Assembly (NCBI GenBank): GCA_951406725.2 | Contig: OX597823.1 | Location: 24,428,001-24,492,000 of the forward strand | Direction of reading: 5' to 3' | Length of the DNA stretch: 64,000 bases | DNA from: Octopus vulgaris | Taxonomy: Eukaryota | Part shown: piece after piece, positions 26,613-40,034 of the stretch | How the letters are laid out: each line of letters begins with the position of its first letter | Numbering within the stretch: position 1 is the first letter of the stretch | Made by a program: the position numbers and the translations under genes | The notes under the pieces: generated by a model | Told to the model about the DNA's origin: nothing | Databases searched by the model: none | Seen by the model: only the letters and a program-made list of their open reading frames with translations

Positions 26613-27897
26613 TATCACGTTGAGTAAAAAGTAAGCAATGATTTGAACCATGAAGAATTTGTACTGGATTTTTGTGTTTGCAGAGTTTTGAATTTTTTTA
26701 AACATTTTTTTTGCAGTTGTCTGATAATACAGACATAGACTTGCCCAAATACATCAATAAATTAACATTCATATTGTTTTCACCATTGTTACAATTATTT
26801 GAAATGGAACTGTCAAAGTGTGATATTTGAGCAATTTTGTTATTGAACCTCAAAAGGACATAAAGCAGCTGAAACTGTTCGTGATGTCAACAAAACGTTT
26901 GTTGAGGAAATGACCAGTGAGTGGTCAGCTCAAAATTGGTTTAAACAATTTTACAGTGCAGTATTGGGCCTTGAAGGTCGTGAACATAATGGATGCCCAT
27001 CTGTCATCAATGATGTTCAATTAAAGATCATCATTGAGAAAGATCCATGTAAAACCATTTGAAAACTGGCAAAAGAACTTCAACTTAGCCAGAAAACTGC
27101 CTGCAACCATTTGCATGTGATTGGAAAATCAAGAAAATTCAACAAATGGGTACCACACGATTTGAATGAAAATCAAAAAATGCACAGGTAGGAAATTTAC
27201 TCATCACTTCTTCTCCACAACCAGACTAATCTATTTCTTGACCATATTGTAACTTGTGATGCGAAGTGGATTCTGTACTATAATAAAAAATGTTCTTCGC
27301 AGTAGTTGGACAAAAATGAAGCACTGAAAACCTTCCCAAACCCAAGCTCTTCAAAAAGAAGATTATGGTAACTATTTGGTGGTGTACTGCTGGACTCATC
27401 CGCAATAACTTCTAACAATCTGGAATACCATTACTGCAGAAACATATTGCCATGAAATTGCCAAAATGAATGAAAAACTGCTACTCCTCCATCCCAGACT
27501 GGTCAAAAGAAGAGGGTCAATCATTCTTCATGACAATGCTCAACCATAGTTTTCACTTATGATGCTCCAAAAGTTGAAGAAACTCTGCTATGAAGTTCTT
27601 CGCTGCCCAGCTTATTTCTGAGACCTTTCTCCTACCAACTACCACTTTTTCAAGCACCTTGATGGTTTCCCGTGAGAAAAGGAGTTCAAAAATCAAACCG
27701 ATGCTGAAAGTTCATTCAAAGAGTTCATCAGCTCCAAAACTCCAGATTTTTATGTTACCAGAATAAACAAACTCGTAACTCGTTGGCAAAAATGTGTTGA
27801 TTGTAATGGTACTTAATTTGACGAATAAAATTTCTGCTTTGTTGAAAAATATTGTGATGAATTTCATGTTTCAAAACGTGGCTTACTCAACCTGATA
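26613..27897 (+). mobile_element. Mariner element, full-length, pseudogenised transposase
   Basis: TIRs tatcacgttgagtaa / ttactcaacctgata, ~1.28 kb. KWVPHDL, IVTCDAKWILY, LHDNAQP and DLSPTNYHFF motifs, with stops. Confidence 0.9.
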
Positions 27898-28081
27898 GTT
27901 GTATATGTATGGGAGTTGGTTTTGTGTATATAGGAGGAAACACTGTGTGTCACTGTTGTTTATTTTTCCATATCAAACACCAAAGTGCTCAAATGAACAG
28001 GCAGAAAATTTGGAACGTAGTGTTTATGCTTAATTCCTGCTGATTTTTATGCTAATATAATATATATAATAGAGCGTAATA

Positions 28082-28758
28082 TCTATATACTATTGAAAGT
28101 GAAGTTCAATCTTGCTTGCTTGCAGTGTTACACAGCCAAACTGGCACATAATGGTAAAATACTTTGAAAGTAAAGTGCCCTTGAAATGTGGATATGAATG
28201 GAATAGTTTTTCATAAATTGGACCAGTAGCTATTGAGATATTTGGGGTTTTGAGATATGAATACCCAAAACTGCATAATGGGAAAATACCTCGAAAATAA
28301 CTTCACCCAGAAAGGGAAGAAACCTTTCAATTAGACACATTATGATAGGCAAAATATTTTAAAGTGAAATTAACTTTAAAAATATGGTTAATATTTCATA
28401 AAAAACCCATTAGTAACCTCAGTGTGAAATAGTTTTCTTTCCGTAGGTTTCATTCGATTGCATTCAATGTATCTCACCTCCAAAGATTTGGCTGCTATTT
28501 CTAGCATACCCTACCACCATGTAACATCTATTTGCAATAAAAGACCTGAAATACCTGTTATATGGCAGTAGGGCATGCAAGAAATAGCAGCCAAATCTTT
28601 CTTTTCTGAGGAAAGGAGCTTTTTACATGTGATTTCGATGTCACATCCATTGAAAGCATGCGAAATAATATGGAAAAGAAAAAAAACCTACGAAACAAAA
28701 CTCTATTGCTGGAAAACTCACACTCCCTCAGTGACCCAACAGGTCACAGGTAGTCTAG
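28082..28758 (+). mobile_element. Non-autonomous Helitron-like element
   Basis: 5' A|TCTATATAC. Subterminal hairpin gtgacc-caaca-ggtcac (28731-28747), then 3' CTAG. Confidence 0.65.
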
Positions 28759-29268
28759 CAATATAATATAAATGTATAAACAAAATCACAAATGTAAATG
28801 TTTCCTAACTTTCATTTAATTTTACATACAGATTAATTACTAATTTTTTTTCTTTATTTCAGTCGTTTTTCCACAGATGTAAATGTTTATTATGTTTGGT
28901 AAATTTAATGTGATTAGGAGTGCTGCAAGACATCAATTACAACTGAGAAAGTGACTGAGCTGCAGTGTAGCGCAAAAATAAATAGGATTGGATCTGCACA
29001 CCATTAAAGAAGGGATATACAAATGTATTATCTGCAGCCTAACTATGGAGACAAAGTATCAAATAAGTCTGAAGGTGTTCTACAAATCATATGCATTATG
29101 ATTAGGGTGTCATTTTGCAGATCAATTATTTGTTTATAATAAATTGACCATTTACAAAATCATGCATTACATGCTTTACAATATTTAACATATGTTAGAA
29201 CATGTGTGTGTGTGCTTGAGTGGGTAGATGTATATGAAATATATTTCTTGTTTTCTATTTTGTTTCAG

Positions 29269-29502
29269 TCGATAAAGGGCCTGTAATGCTGAAAAAGGTT
29301 AGCATACCAAGCAAGGCTACTTTAGGACAGCTTAAGGATAAGACCTTAAAGCAGTGTGATGAAGCTTGTCAACAATATATAGGATGTAACGCTTATCAGT
29401 ACAATGATGAAACTAAATTATGTGATCTGAGTAATGTGACTCAATTGAATGATGAACTTAAACCCAGTGATGGAAATTGGGATATATACTTGGTTAACCC
29501 AG
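29269..29502 (+). CDS. Exon Q2: PAN/apple domain, second type (subtype b)
   Basis: tttcag|TC...CCAG|gtcagt, 234 nt. TLKQCDEACQQYIGCNAYQYNDETKLCDLS...WDIYLVNP. Confidence 0.92.
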
Positions 29503-29565
29503 GTCAGTAGAGTGTTTCTATTTCATTTATTGTTTGCATACCTGTATGTATTCACATATACGTGT

Positions 29566-29600
<35 letters not shown>

Positions 29601-29995
29601 TTAGCGTCCGTTTTCCATGCTAGCATGGGTTGGACGGTTTAACTGGGGTCTGTGAAGCCGGAAGGCTTCGTCAGGCCCAGTCAGATTTGGCAGTGTTTCT
29701 ACAGCTGGATGCCCTTCCTAACGCCAACCACTCCTCGAGTGTAGTGGGTGCTTTTTACGTGCCACCTGCACAGGTGCCAGACAGAGCTGGCACCACGGCC
29801 ACGAACGGATGGTGCTTTTACGTGTCACCGGCACGGGGCCAGCCGAGGCTGGCAACGAACATGAGCGGATGGTGCTTTTACGTGCCACCGACACGGGGCC
29901 AGACAGAGCTGGCAAACGGCCACGAACGGACGGTGCTTTTACGTGTCACCGGCACGGGGGCCAGCCGAGGCTGGCAACGAACACGGACGGATGGT
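29566..29995 (-). mobile_element. Young RTE-type 3' end / SINE-like element with GC-rich tandem units
   Basis: (cat)n tail plus ttagcgtccgttttccatgctagcatgggttggacgg. ~59-bp repeats of ggtgcttttacgtg.caccg.cacggg. CpGs retained. Confidence 0.8.
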
Positions 29996-30047
29996 GTGTG
30001 CATATACATATATACATATCTATCTGTCTATTCATCTAAACATGTAT

Positions 30048-30464
30048 TATATATATGTATTAGAGGGAAACCACTATGTGGACACTTATATGCTAGAAAT
30101 AGATCTGCTACAGTCTCACCACCAAGAAACGTTCTCAAGAAAAATTTAGTAAAACAACCAAAACATAATCGAGCAAGACAAAAGAAAAAGTAATAAAAAT
30201 ATGGATTATTACTTTTTCTTTTGTCTTGCTCGATTACGTTTTGGTTGTTTTGCTAAATTTTTCTTGAGAACATTTCTTGGTGGTGAGACTGTAGTGGATC
30301 TATTTCTAGCATATGGGTGTCAACATAGTGGTTTCTCTCTAATATATATATATATAATACATTTTTACTGAACCTTCAGTTTTTTTATGCTAGACCACTG
30401 GTGTGAAATCGATGTTAATTAAATTAATATCTAATTTCTCACTCTCATTTAAATTTTAAAATTA
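30048..30464 (+). mobile_element. Fold-back element with a ~145-bp-arm hairpin and a 15-bp target-site duplication
   Basis: Arms 30048-30196 and 30206-~30357, 9-nt loop. Tail contains tgctagaccactggt. TSD catctaaacatgtat at 30033-30047 and 30465-30479. Confidence 0.85.
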
Positions 30465-30509
30465 CATCTAAACATGTATATACAGACACATATGTATGTA
30501 TATAGATAC

Positions 30510-30553
<44 letters not shown>

Positions 30554-31439
30554 CAGTGTACATTTAAACACACAAGAGGTATCCATCATAGGACTACCTA
30601 CACGCTAGAGAGAACAGTTAAATTCCAAACCACTATTAGGGATAAAATTTCGAAGGGAAGGAAAAATAAAAAGACTCTTCTTTCCTCACCACCCTTCTAC
30701 TAACATCAGCACTTTATCAGCCACAGTATTGCAATACAAAAGGCATAGCTAGCATTCTCACTTCTGGAATGTAACTCAAACATACTTACCACTTAACTAA
30801 TTAATCAGTATTATTTTTTTATAAACAATTGTTGTCTACTACACCCTCTTCTGGTAGATGCAGCAAGGACAGACTGATATGGTTTATCTGTTGGCAACAT
30901 CCATACAAACATATTCAGATGCAGAATGCTCTTCCCATCCTCCTGTTCCTTCTTGTCCCCCATTCCACGTCTTTGGAGTTAACACAGTCAATGTAGGTAC
31001 ATTGAAAGAATTAGGTGTTGTGATGAGATTGTTGAGATGCAAGAGCAGATTCATGTAGATGTGTTGTACATTTAAGAAGTAAGGTGGAGGGTAGCTATCA
31101 TCATCACCATGATAGGCTAGATGATGTAGGCATATTTCTAGATGAAAACTGACTGGATAACATCAAGGAATTCAGAATGTGTGATAGGATACATATGCTT
31201 AAACTAGTTTTGCAAAGTAGTGCAACAACTGTACTACATCTTATCAAATTACTTTAAAAACAAACTTTTCATTTTTTAATGATTTGACCGACATTTTATA
31301 AAACAATATTTTGTGCAAAACCAAAAATATGACACCATAGTCATGACACCAACTTGAACTTCTAACTTGTTTCTTGAGGTCTCTGGGTGAAACTTGGAGT
31401 CAGCTTGTACAAATACAAAGCAAAAGCCAACCATATAAT

Positions 31440-31440
31440 G

Positions 31441-31477
<37 letters not shown>

Positions 31478-31931
31478 TAAGCTGAAAAGAATGACTAGCT
31501 TGGTACTGTAGGCTGCAGGTAGTAAGCCTGCTATGCATGTAAGACTCTAGAAGCTCCAATAAAACCTGTGATAAAAAAATAATGATAATAATTATAATAG
31601 TCAAGAAGGAAGGTAAAAAGATAGATAAATACAACCCTCTTAAGTACGAAATAGTCCAGCTATGGAAAATGAAGAAGGTGAAGATAGTTCCACATATTGT
31701 TGTGTCCTTGAGAACAGTATCAGAAAGCATCAAGAGAAATATAAAGATAATTGGAATAGAGTGCCCAGTAGAACTGTTACTAAAGTTTTGTCCCCTTTGC
31801 ATGGCCAGAATAATCAGGAAAGTATTAGATAGCTGAAAAGAAATGGATAGCATGATACTGTAGGCTGCCAGTAGCAAGCCCACTACACATACAAGTCTCC
31901 AGGAGCTCCAACAAACCCTGTGATAAAGAGA

Positions 31932-31980
<49 letters not shown>

Positions 31981-32600
31981 GAAAGAGGATGTAGAGCATA
32001 TAGATGGAAAAGCAGGGCTCAGATATTAAGGAACAGATGTGTGGCAGCAGAAATGAAAGTCGTGAGTGAGTGTAGCAAGGTGGCCCAAAAGCACTACAAA
32101 AGGAGGCACAATAATGTGGCTATGTTCTTCTACTGGAGGCTATGTGAAAAGTACGGCCTGAACAGAACACAGAAATGGTATGTACATGAACCAGAAGGAG
32201 TGACTGAGAACAAGGGGCATAAGATACTGTGGGATTTTACAATCCAATATGACACCCTAATTGAGGCTTGGAGACCAGATATTGTAGCAGCAGGTAAAGG
32301 AAAAAGGAAACCAAGATCATAGATATTGCAATATCTGGAGATGCATATATAAATGACAAACAGCTAGAAAAGATTGAAACATACAGACTACTAAATGACA
32401 AAACTGCAAGAATGTCGACTATGAGGAGAGTGTCTGTCATTCCAGTTGTTGTAGGGGCATTCGGAGCACTAACAACCAGGTTCAAGAAATACATCAAAGA
32501 AATTGAAATTGACAAGAGAGCAGAGCAAGCCCCAAAAAAACTGCTCTGTTGAGGACAGCTAGGATTTTGAAAATGATACTTGGATGTTGAATGTCCCCCA
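31440..32600 (+). mobile_element. R4/NeSL-like non-LTR fragments (REL domain) with duplicated 3' UTR and (AAT)n
   Basis: ORFs 32041-32322 (YKRRHNNVA, ILWDFTIQ, RPDIV) and 31582-31836 (KYNPLKYEIVQLW). 31485-31575 is repeated at 31845-31935. Confidence 0.8.
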
Positions 32601-32921
32601 CGATAAATAAAAACCAAGTATCTAAGCTTATAATGTGCAGAAAGATACTTCTGACAGCAGGCTGCTGTCTGCTCTCACAGAATCTACCAGATCAAACAAG
32701 ACTGAACGTTCTGAGTTTCCTTTTCTTCATAGAGCTTACAAGATATTTCACCAGGATCCTTAACCATTTCATTTCATGTGATATATTTATGTCTGTATGT
32801 GTGTGCAGATGTCTTCAGTTTGTTTCAGTCATAATCTTTTATTCTAAATTTATTATCTCCTCATTCTCACCCTCCTCCTGACATATTCACTATTGATATC
32901 AATTTCTATTATCACTTTCAG

Positions 32922-33092
32922 TTATTACAAAAGTTAACTGTGAACCTCCAAAAGATGTTGCTGGTGCAAAGAAATCCTACACTACCACCACCTATAAATC
33001 TGAAGTGACCTACACCTGTCCAGGAGGACAAAAGTTGAAGTCAAAATGTAAAAATGACAATAAATGGACTCCAGTTGCATCCAGTTGCAAAG
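32922..33092 (+). CDS. Exon S4: Sushi/CCP-like module (absent from the ORF track)
   Basis: tttcag|TT...AAAG|gtaatg, 171 nt. ITKVNCEPPKDVAGAKKSYTTTTYKSEVTYTCPGGQKLKSKCKNDNKWTPVASSCK. Confidence 0.9.
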
Positions 33093-36000
33093 GTAATGTA
33101 AATAGGTTCTCTTCTGTTGTCTCTGTCTAGGTATTTTTGTTTAATTTTTTTATTAAATATCTTTGTTAGAAGAATAATGACTGAATCCATGACAATTTCT
33201 ATGATATTTGTGCCTGGTTTAAGGGAGAGAGAAAGCTATTCTCAGAGAAGATAACTTCCTAAATCCATGCAACAGAGTGAACTTAATTAAAGCTATCCAG
33301 GGTTCAGATAATTGTATTAATTTTGGTAATGGATTAAATCTGCCAAACAAGAGCAGCAAGTGAAGAAGTGTGTTGTCTCCAGCAGGCTTCTGCATAGTTT
33401 CCATTCACCAAATTTCATTAGTCATGAAGCAGCTTTTTAATTATGCAGTCATAAGTCCAGACAATACTACATTCTTGTTAAGTAAACTTATAACCTCAGC
33501 TAACCAAGGCAGTTTTTCTCTTAAATTCAAACTTCAGCTTTCTTTCTGGCACTTTGTTTCATCCTCTGAATCATTGTACAACACAATGCACTGAATTTTT
33601 CTTTACTAGAATTCAACAATCATCCAAAACTTCTGATACTCTAATGGTCATCCATTCCACCTAAATCATAGTGAGATAAATAATAATAGTGATTTCTGAT
33701 GGAAAAACAGCCAATGCTTTCCTATAGAAAGATGTTAGTATCATTACCTCTAATATTTGACTGCCATTTTGTGTTGTTGACCCACCCCTTACATGAATGA
33801 AATGTAAAGTTAACATGTGCTGGATTTGGACTGGAAACATGAAGAGCCTGAATACATACCAGAAGGTACCTCTTCTAATGTTCTAACTAGTATTCATGGA
33901 TACGTTTAATATAAAGATTAGAATGATGATGAACTCCTCTTGAAAGCTGGATCTTTATCTCAAACCAGTTGAAAAGCCCAACCATCAAAGATCACCATGA
34001 ACAATTAATATTCTTTGACCTACAAGTTTTATTCACTGTGGGACCAGTCCACTGTCACATCACTTTTAAAAATTTCCCTAGAGGTGAATATCTTCTCCAT
34101 CCTCATCTTCTTTATAATCTGGTATAATCTGATGCCTGGTTCAACACTGCTGCATGACCCTAAGTGGTTATGGCAAATGTAGTCGAGAATACATGGTCAA
34201 TGATAATGTATTTCTAACAGATGCAAACATTCACATAAAGCCACAGATGCTCTGGTTGGGCAGGGATGATATGGATCTCACAAGTGTATGATGGAAGAGA
34301 TGCTATCAACGTTTCATCGATTGCTGTTTCTGTCATGATTTGCTACTTAAGAAATAAAAATACTAGCTCATTTTAATTAATCATGTACTTATTCTTTAGG
34401 TACATGGCAAACACAATTAGAGAAAGCAATGAGATTGTGTGATATTCACGTCTTTCTGAAGGGCAGTAATTGTCTATGTAAAGTGGACTGGCTTAGATTG
34501 ATCAAACCCAGATCATTGATTCACCCCACTCAATCCATATTTATATTAAAAGAACAACTTAAGAAAAATACTCACATCACTTTCTGCATAGAAAACAAAA
34601 AGCTGTGTGTCGTATGGAAGTGCATTTACAAGCATTGCAAGCTTCTTGTTATTCTTTCTGAAATTTTATTAATAAGCTTCTCATAGGTCCACAAAATGTG
34701 CACGGATTTTTTGGAGCATAGTCTGCATTTCTTGGAAAGGGCATTGTGTAGTGGTGCATGTTTTATGTACCAAGTCAGATCATATCTTCTTTAAGTTGCC
34801 ACACAAGTACCAACATCACTGGGATATCTCTTGGCTAGTAAGTGACCATTCACACCATACAGTAGATACAAATTAGCATAACCGTTGACAAAATTAATAA
34901 TCACCATTTACCTAATTGTATGGATGAATAACCACAACCTCCTCATTCTTAGAATCATCCCACCATACAAGTTACCAACACCACTGGGATAAAAGATAAA
35001 AACACAACAAACCTACGAGTGACTACACTGGATATCCTAAACCTGGCATTGATGTTTTCTACAGGCTATTGGTTGTTTGATTAGCTGCACATTCAAAAAA
35101 CACCCTTCTACTCTGTGCACCATCGTAGACTGCATATGCATGCTATTATGGACTACAACCAATATGCCTAAATGGAATATATAATCAGAGATTACACTAT
35201 GTTCATGCAATTCTTGATCTGTTGCTGACTTATGTCATTTAGTTGTTTCATTATTATATTGCATAATTGTACTTGCCACCTCTTCTTATGCATAACATCT
35301 CTGTGTCTGTGTGTCCGATTTATCTATTTGTACTTAAATGGTTGTGTATCTGTGCACGATTACATACATCTATGTGCCTATTCATATACACTTATATAGA
35401 TGTGGAAGTATCTATGTACAGAAATGTGTTTCAGTGTATGAGTGAGCATATAAACCTATGAAGAGGCACCTACAGATGTCTGTAAATGTGCCTAAGTATA
35501 CATATAGATATATACGAAGGACTGTGTAAGTATATATGTGTGCCAGGCCATACATGTGTGTGTTTGTATGAGCATATGTACATGTTCCAGGCTATTTATA
35601 TGTGGGTCTTTGTACATCCATATCTACTAACAGTGATATGTAATAACCATTTTTGCTGTATTATGTATTTGCTTCTTTTCGTATCTCATCCTTTTTATCA
35701 AGCTTCTATAAGAATGAAACAGCCTCCCTTAACTTGCCATTTCTATCTACGAAGACCAAAAAGAAACCATGCAGTAATAAGTTGTGTGAAACTGAGTTTA
35801 TTTTAAGGAGACACCTCTTGAAATCACCTAAGGAAACACAGCTACACTGAGGGAACCTAAAACAGCTGTGTAGTATCCCACCTGCAAGGGATCAATGCTA
35901 GATGGGTCAACATGATTGTAGTGATCAATAGAGATTCTTATATCTTCCATCTGTTTCATTAATTACATACCCAACGAACGCTAAGCCAGCGAATGTGCAT

Positions 36001-36380
36001 TATCAGCAAACTACCAGATGTATACCATACAACTTATTAACTACAAACTAACAACATTTATATATAGTTAAGAAACTATTATCACAAATATTGGTAACAT
36101 CAACAATAATTATAATTATTCTTGCTAATGATGGAGAGAAAGAATCTCTAGAGCATCAGACAAACTATGTTGGGTATTTGTTCTGGACATATAGCTTTTC
36201 AGTTCAAATCCAGCTAATATCAAATCTGTATTTCTGGGGCCAATAAAATAAAATACCAGTCAAGTTTAAGAGTCTCTTTTATTGATTAACTTCTGCCTCA
36301 AGGATTTGTCTTTTTTCTACGTTAGAAATCATTGTTTTTTTTTGGTGTTTACATTTGTCTCAATCTTCCTTTAATTCCAG

Positions 36381-36620
36381 TTTCTAAGATCTATTTTGTG
36401 AAAGTAAAAAGTGCCATTCTGGATGTACCTGGAAAAACTTTGATGAGTAAGAAAGATGTAACAGCAGAAGTCTGTGCAGAAAAATGTTTGTCTGACAAAA
36501 ATTGTTTATCATTTGAAATAAAGGGAAAAAGTGGAAAATGCTATTTATCAAAGGAAACTGCAGCTTCCTCCAAGAAAATAAAAGCAGCCAAAAGCAAAGA
36601 TTACTACCAACGAGTAAATG
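36381..36620 (+). CDS. Exon P3: PAN/apple domain, basic type (subtype a)
   Basis: ttccag|TT...AATG|gtaatt, 240 nt. CAEKCLSDKNCLSFE...GKCYLS...DYYQRVN. Confidence 0.92.
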
Positions 36621-36743
36621 GTAATTATTCTTTGTGTTTCTATTTTCTAGTTTTACTGAAATTTGTGATTCCATTTCTATGTTATAATACAGTCTATTCC
36701 AATAGAACATCCACTTTTAAGTGGGGATAGATATTATTTCTTA

Positions 36744-36785
<42 letters not shown>

Positions 36786-37039
36786 CAATTTTAGGAACTG
36801 TAAATACTGTTAGGGCATTCACGTATGACATTTCACATATTTAACACTTTTCTGTATGTTTTCGATTGTTTCTTTTGTGTGTGTGTGTGTGTGAAAAGAA
36901 ATTCTTGTCATTTTCTTTCAATCCTGAATGCTAGTAGTAGGGGTAGAAGGAGGAGGGGGAGGAAGCTGAGGAGGAGGAACAGTAATTTCAAATTTTGAGC
37001 AACTTCCACTTCCACACCAGAATAGAGTTAGAGAGGGAG

Positions 37040-37490
37040 CACCTTTAATTCAATCTTCAGTTCAACCTAAAGGTCTCAATGAACATGGCCAGGAACTTTT
37101 TATCCTGTATTAGACACCATTTCTCAGGCACACACAAATATCACAAGCTTATGAATATGCATAGTGTTAAAGTTTGTTACTCTTCCAGCATTGTATGTTA
37201 CAACAGGAAATGCATACTCATATCCAGCCTTTATTCATGATGCCTAGTTATAACTGTCAAAATCCATCCACTTCTCTGCTGGAAGAATTCTACCTTTTTA
37301 TGTCAGTGGTATATAGGGCAAACTTCACTCCAACTGATGGTTTCTATGTGAATTATATGAGACTTACAGCCAGTGATTTCATGGAAAGTTTCACTCAACT
37401 TATATACTCTTTTATGTTCATGTACAGGGAAAAGTCCACCTCACTGTACTCTTTCATTTGGAGTCTACCCAGCATAATCTGAAGCTTACT
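37040..37490 (+). mobile_element. Ancient Penelope-like element fragment (GIY-YIG end)
   Basis: HFSGTHKYHKLMNMHSVKVCYS, then VVYRANF...NYMRLTASDF...KSTSLYSFIW, resembling the PLE VVYKA...YIGLT...ST.LS.YIW pattern. Confidence 0.65.
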
Positions 37491-38368
37491 TACCAAATCC
37501 TAATCTTTTCCTACCAGAGCATTTAATTCCAGTCTTTGTTTTTCTAATCCATAGAAGATGAAAAACACATACACAATGTGTACATAGACAAGTGGGGGAG
37601 ATGAATATGTATGTGTATAGATATATATGTGTGTGATTGGGTATGCATATATATGTAGCTATGTAGTTGTGTATATTTTCTTGTATGTATGCATATTGCT
37701 TTTGAGGCTTTCCAGTAAGATTTTAGTCAAAGTTAAAAGCTTGTTCTTCAACAAAATATTTCAATTCAAACATACCTACCTCTCTGCCTACATATATGTC
37801 AATGTACATACATACATGCATACTTTCATATGTTTATGTATGTATTAATGTGTGTCTTCAAAAGAACTGTGTAAGGCCAAATTGATTCACTGTCACATGA
37901 GTGAATCCTTTTGCCAAAAATGATACAAGTTGACAGAAAACCCTAGGCACCTTGCTTGCGTAAATGTTATGTACAATCATAACATAAGATGTCAAAACCA
38001 ATGATTTTAAGTCCACTTACATAGGTGACTAATTAACAACCAACTGGAAAGAAGGGCATGTGTGCTTTTCTTTAAGATTAAATGGCTTTAAGAACACTTG
38101 ACACAGTGGCTAAACATCTGTTGGTCAGCAGTTAGACAATACTAAATTAATCCATTAGAAAAAGGATATACAAATGATACACAACTTAAATTTTGAGTCT
38201 GAAGATGTGTTAAAACTCACATGAATTACAAGTTGTCATTTTGCAGATCAATTATTTGTTTATAATAAATTGTCCATTTAAAACAAATTATGCACCAGAT
38301 GCTATATAATATTTAATGTGGTTGGGTGTATAAAATGTATTTCTTATTTTCTTTCTTCTCTTTTCTAG

Positions 38369-38602
38369 CTGAGGACGATATTTTAAAATTTGAAAGCACT
38401 CTCATACCAGGAGAAGATACATTTAAACGGCTGAAAAATATGACCTTAAAGGAGTGTGACCATGCTTGTCATCAAACTCCAGGATGTAACTCTTATGAGT
38501 ATAATGAGAAAGCTATCTTCTGTGATCGAAGTAATGCGACTCACTTGGCTCATGACCTTGAACCAGATCAAAAGGGTTGGGATACTTACGTCATTAACCC
38601 AG
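38369..38602 (+). CDS. Exon Q3: PAN/apple domain, second type (subtype a)
   Basis: ttctag|CT...CCAG|gtcagt, 234 nt. TLKECDHACHQTPGCNSYEYNEKAIFC...WDTYVINP. Confidence 0.92.
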
Positions 38603-38740
38603 GTCAGTAAAATGTTTTCATTTCATTTTACTATACATGTGCTTGCATGTATGTATGTGTTTGTGTGTATTTACATATACATACATGTGTTTGTGCAATA
38701 TATATATATATGCATGTCTGTATTTATGTCTATATATGTG

Positions 38741-38771
<31 letters not shown>

Positions 38772-38775
<4 letters not shown>

Positions 38776-39170
38776 TTAAAATAATAAGGGTGAAAAATTG
38801 AATATTAATTTGATTAATATCAATTTAAAACCAGTGGTCTAGCTTATTTAAAAATTTGAAGTTTCAGAAAAAATTACATTACATATATATAAAAAGGATG
38901 ACCTGTAAGTGGACATCCATTATGCTAGAAGAAGATCTGCTATGGTCTTACCACTAAGAAAGGAATGTTCTCAAGAAAATTTAGCAAATGCCAGAATGTA
39001 AGCGAGCAAGATAAATGAAAAGATACAATATATAGATTAATGACAAACCAAGTTTCGTTGTTAATGCTTATGTAATCATTTATGTAATCATCTGCAAACT
39101 CATCAGTGTGATCGTCTTTACAAATATAATTTGCAGAACTATACATGAGATGTCTGCATGAGTTTGAACA
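38772..39170 (-). mobile_element. Non-folded member of the fold-back family, carrying a hammerhead motif (putative Penelope pLTR)
   Basis: 38785-39020 matches the reverse complement of 30206-30450 (ccagtggtctagc motif, then gtggaca...tgctagaa...gttctcaagaaaatttag...cgagcaaga). Flanked by (TA)n. Confidence 0.7.
39043..39110 (-). ncRNA. Type I hammerhead ribozyme motif with intact core
   Basis: Minus strand reads aca-CTGATGA-Gtt...aaC-GAAAC-ttg-GT-T-tgt: both conserved boxes, G-C closing stem II and a GUU cleavage triplet. Stems are short. Confidence 0.6.
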
Positions 39171-39204
39171 TTGTGTGTATATATATATATATATATATAC
39201 ATAC

Positions 39205-39255
<51 letters not shown>

Positions 39256-39499
39256 ATCACACATATATACATACATATATATATATATATACATACATAG
39301 ATACATATATATATACATTATATATATATATATATACTTTTATATATATATATATATACTTTTATATATATATATATACTTATATAGATATATATAAACT
39401 CATATATTATCTGAAGTGTACAGTATTATATATCCTTTGCAGCTGAGCTTACCAATCAGTTTCACGCTAGGGGTACAATGGAGTGTTAGGTAACAATTG

Positions 39500-39560
<61 letters not shown>

Positions 39561-40034
39561 TTGAAATAATCTGGGTAAAAAACACCTTGTATGCTTTCTC
39601 AAGCTCTTTTATGGGTATCAGCTACCAAATACTATCATAAAGTGAGATATCTGTCACTGGATAGAAATACTGAAATAAAAATCTGTAGAGTTTATACAAA
39701 AGTAAATGAGGGAAGAGTGATTGAACATGCTTTATTACATACCAGAACAATTGTTGCAACACATAACAATCAACTGTTCATTTCTGAATGTTAAATATAT
39801 AACAAACAACATGCTGTATTAATTGCAGCTATTCACCAACACCAGCAAATGCTTTTGCTCAGGTGAGTATAATAAAAAAAACATCATTAAATCAGATTTT
39901 CATTTCACTCATGATATATTCACACCTAAACACTATTTTTAGCAATCTATTGACAAAATGAATAAAAACAAAGAACAAAACAGAAATTAATGAAAAGAGA
40001 GGAAAGAAAATCAAAACAAAGATCCCTTATCTGA

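Noticed and set aside
29630-30193. 187-aa GC-rich ORF
   Set aside because: It reads through the tandem repeats of an RTE tail into a fold-back arm and has no splice or domain support.
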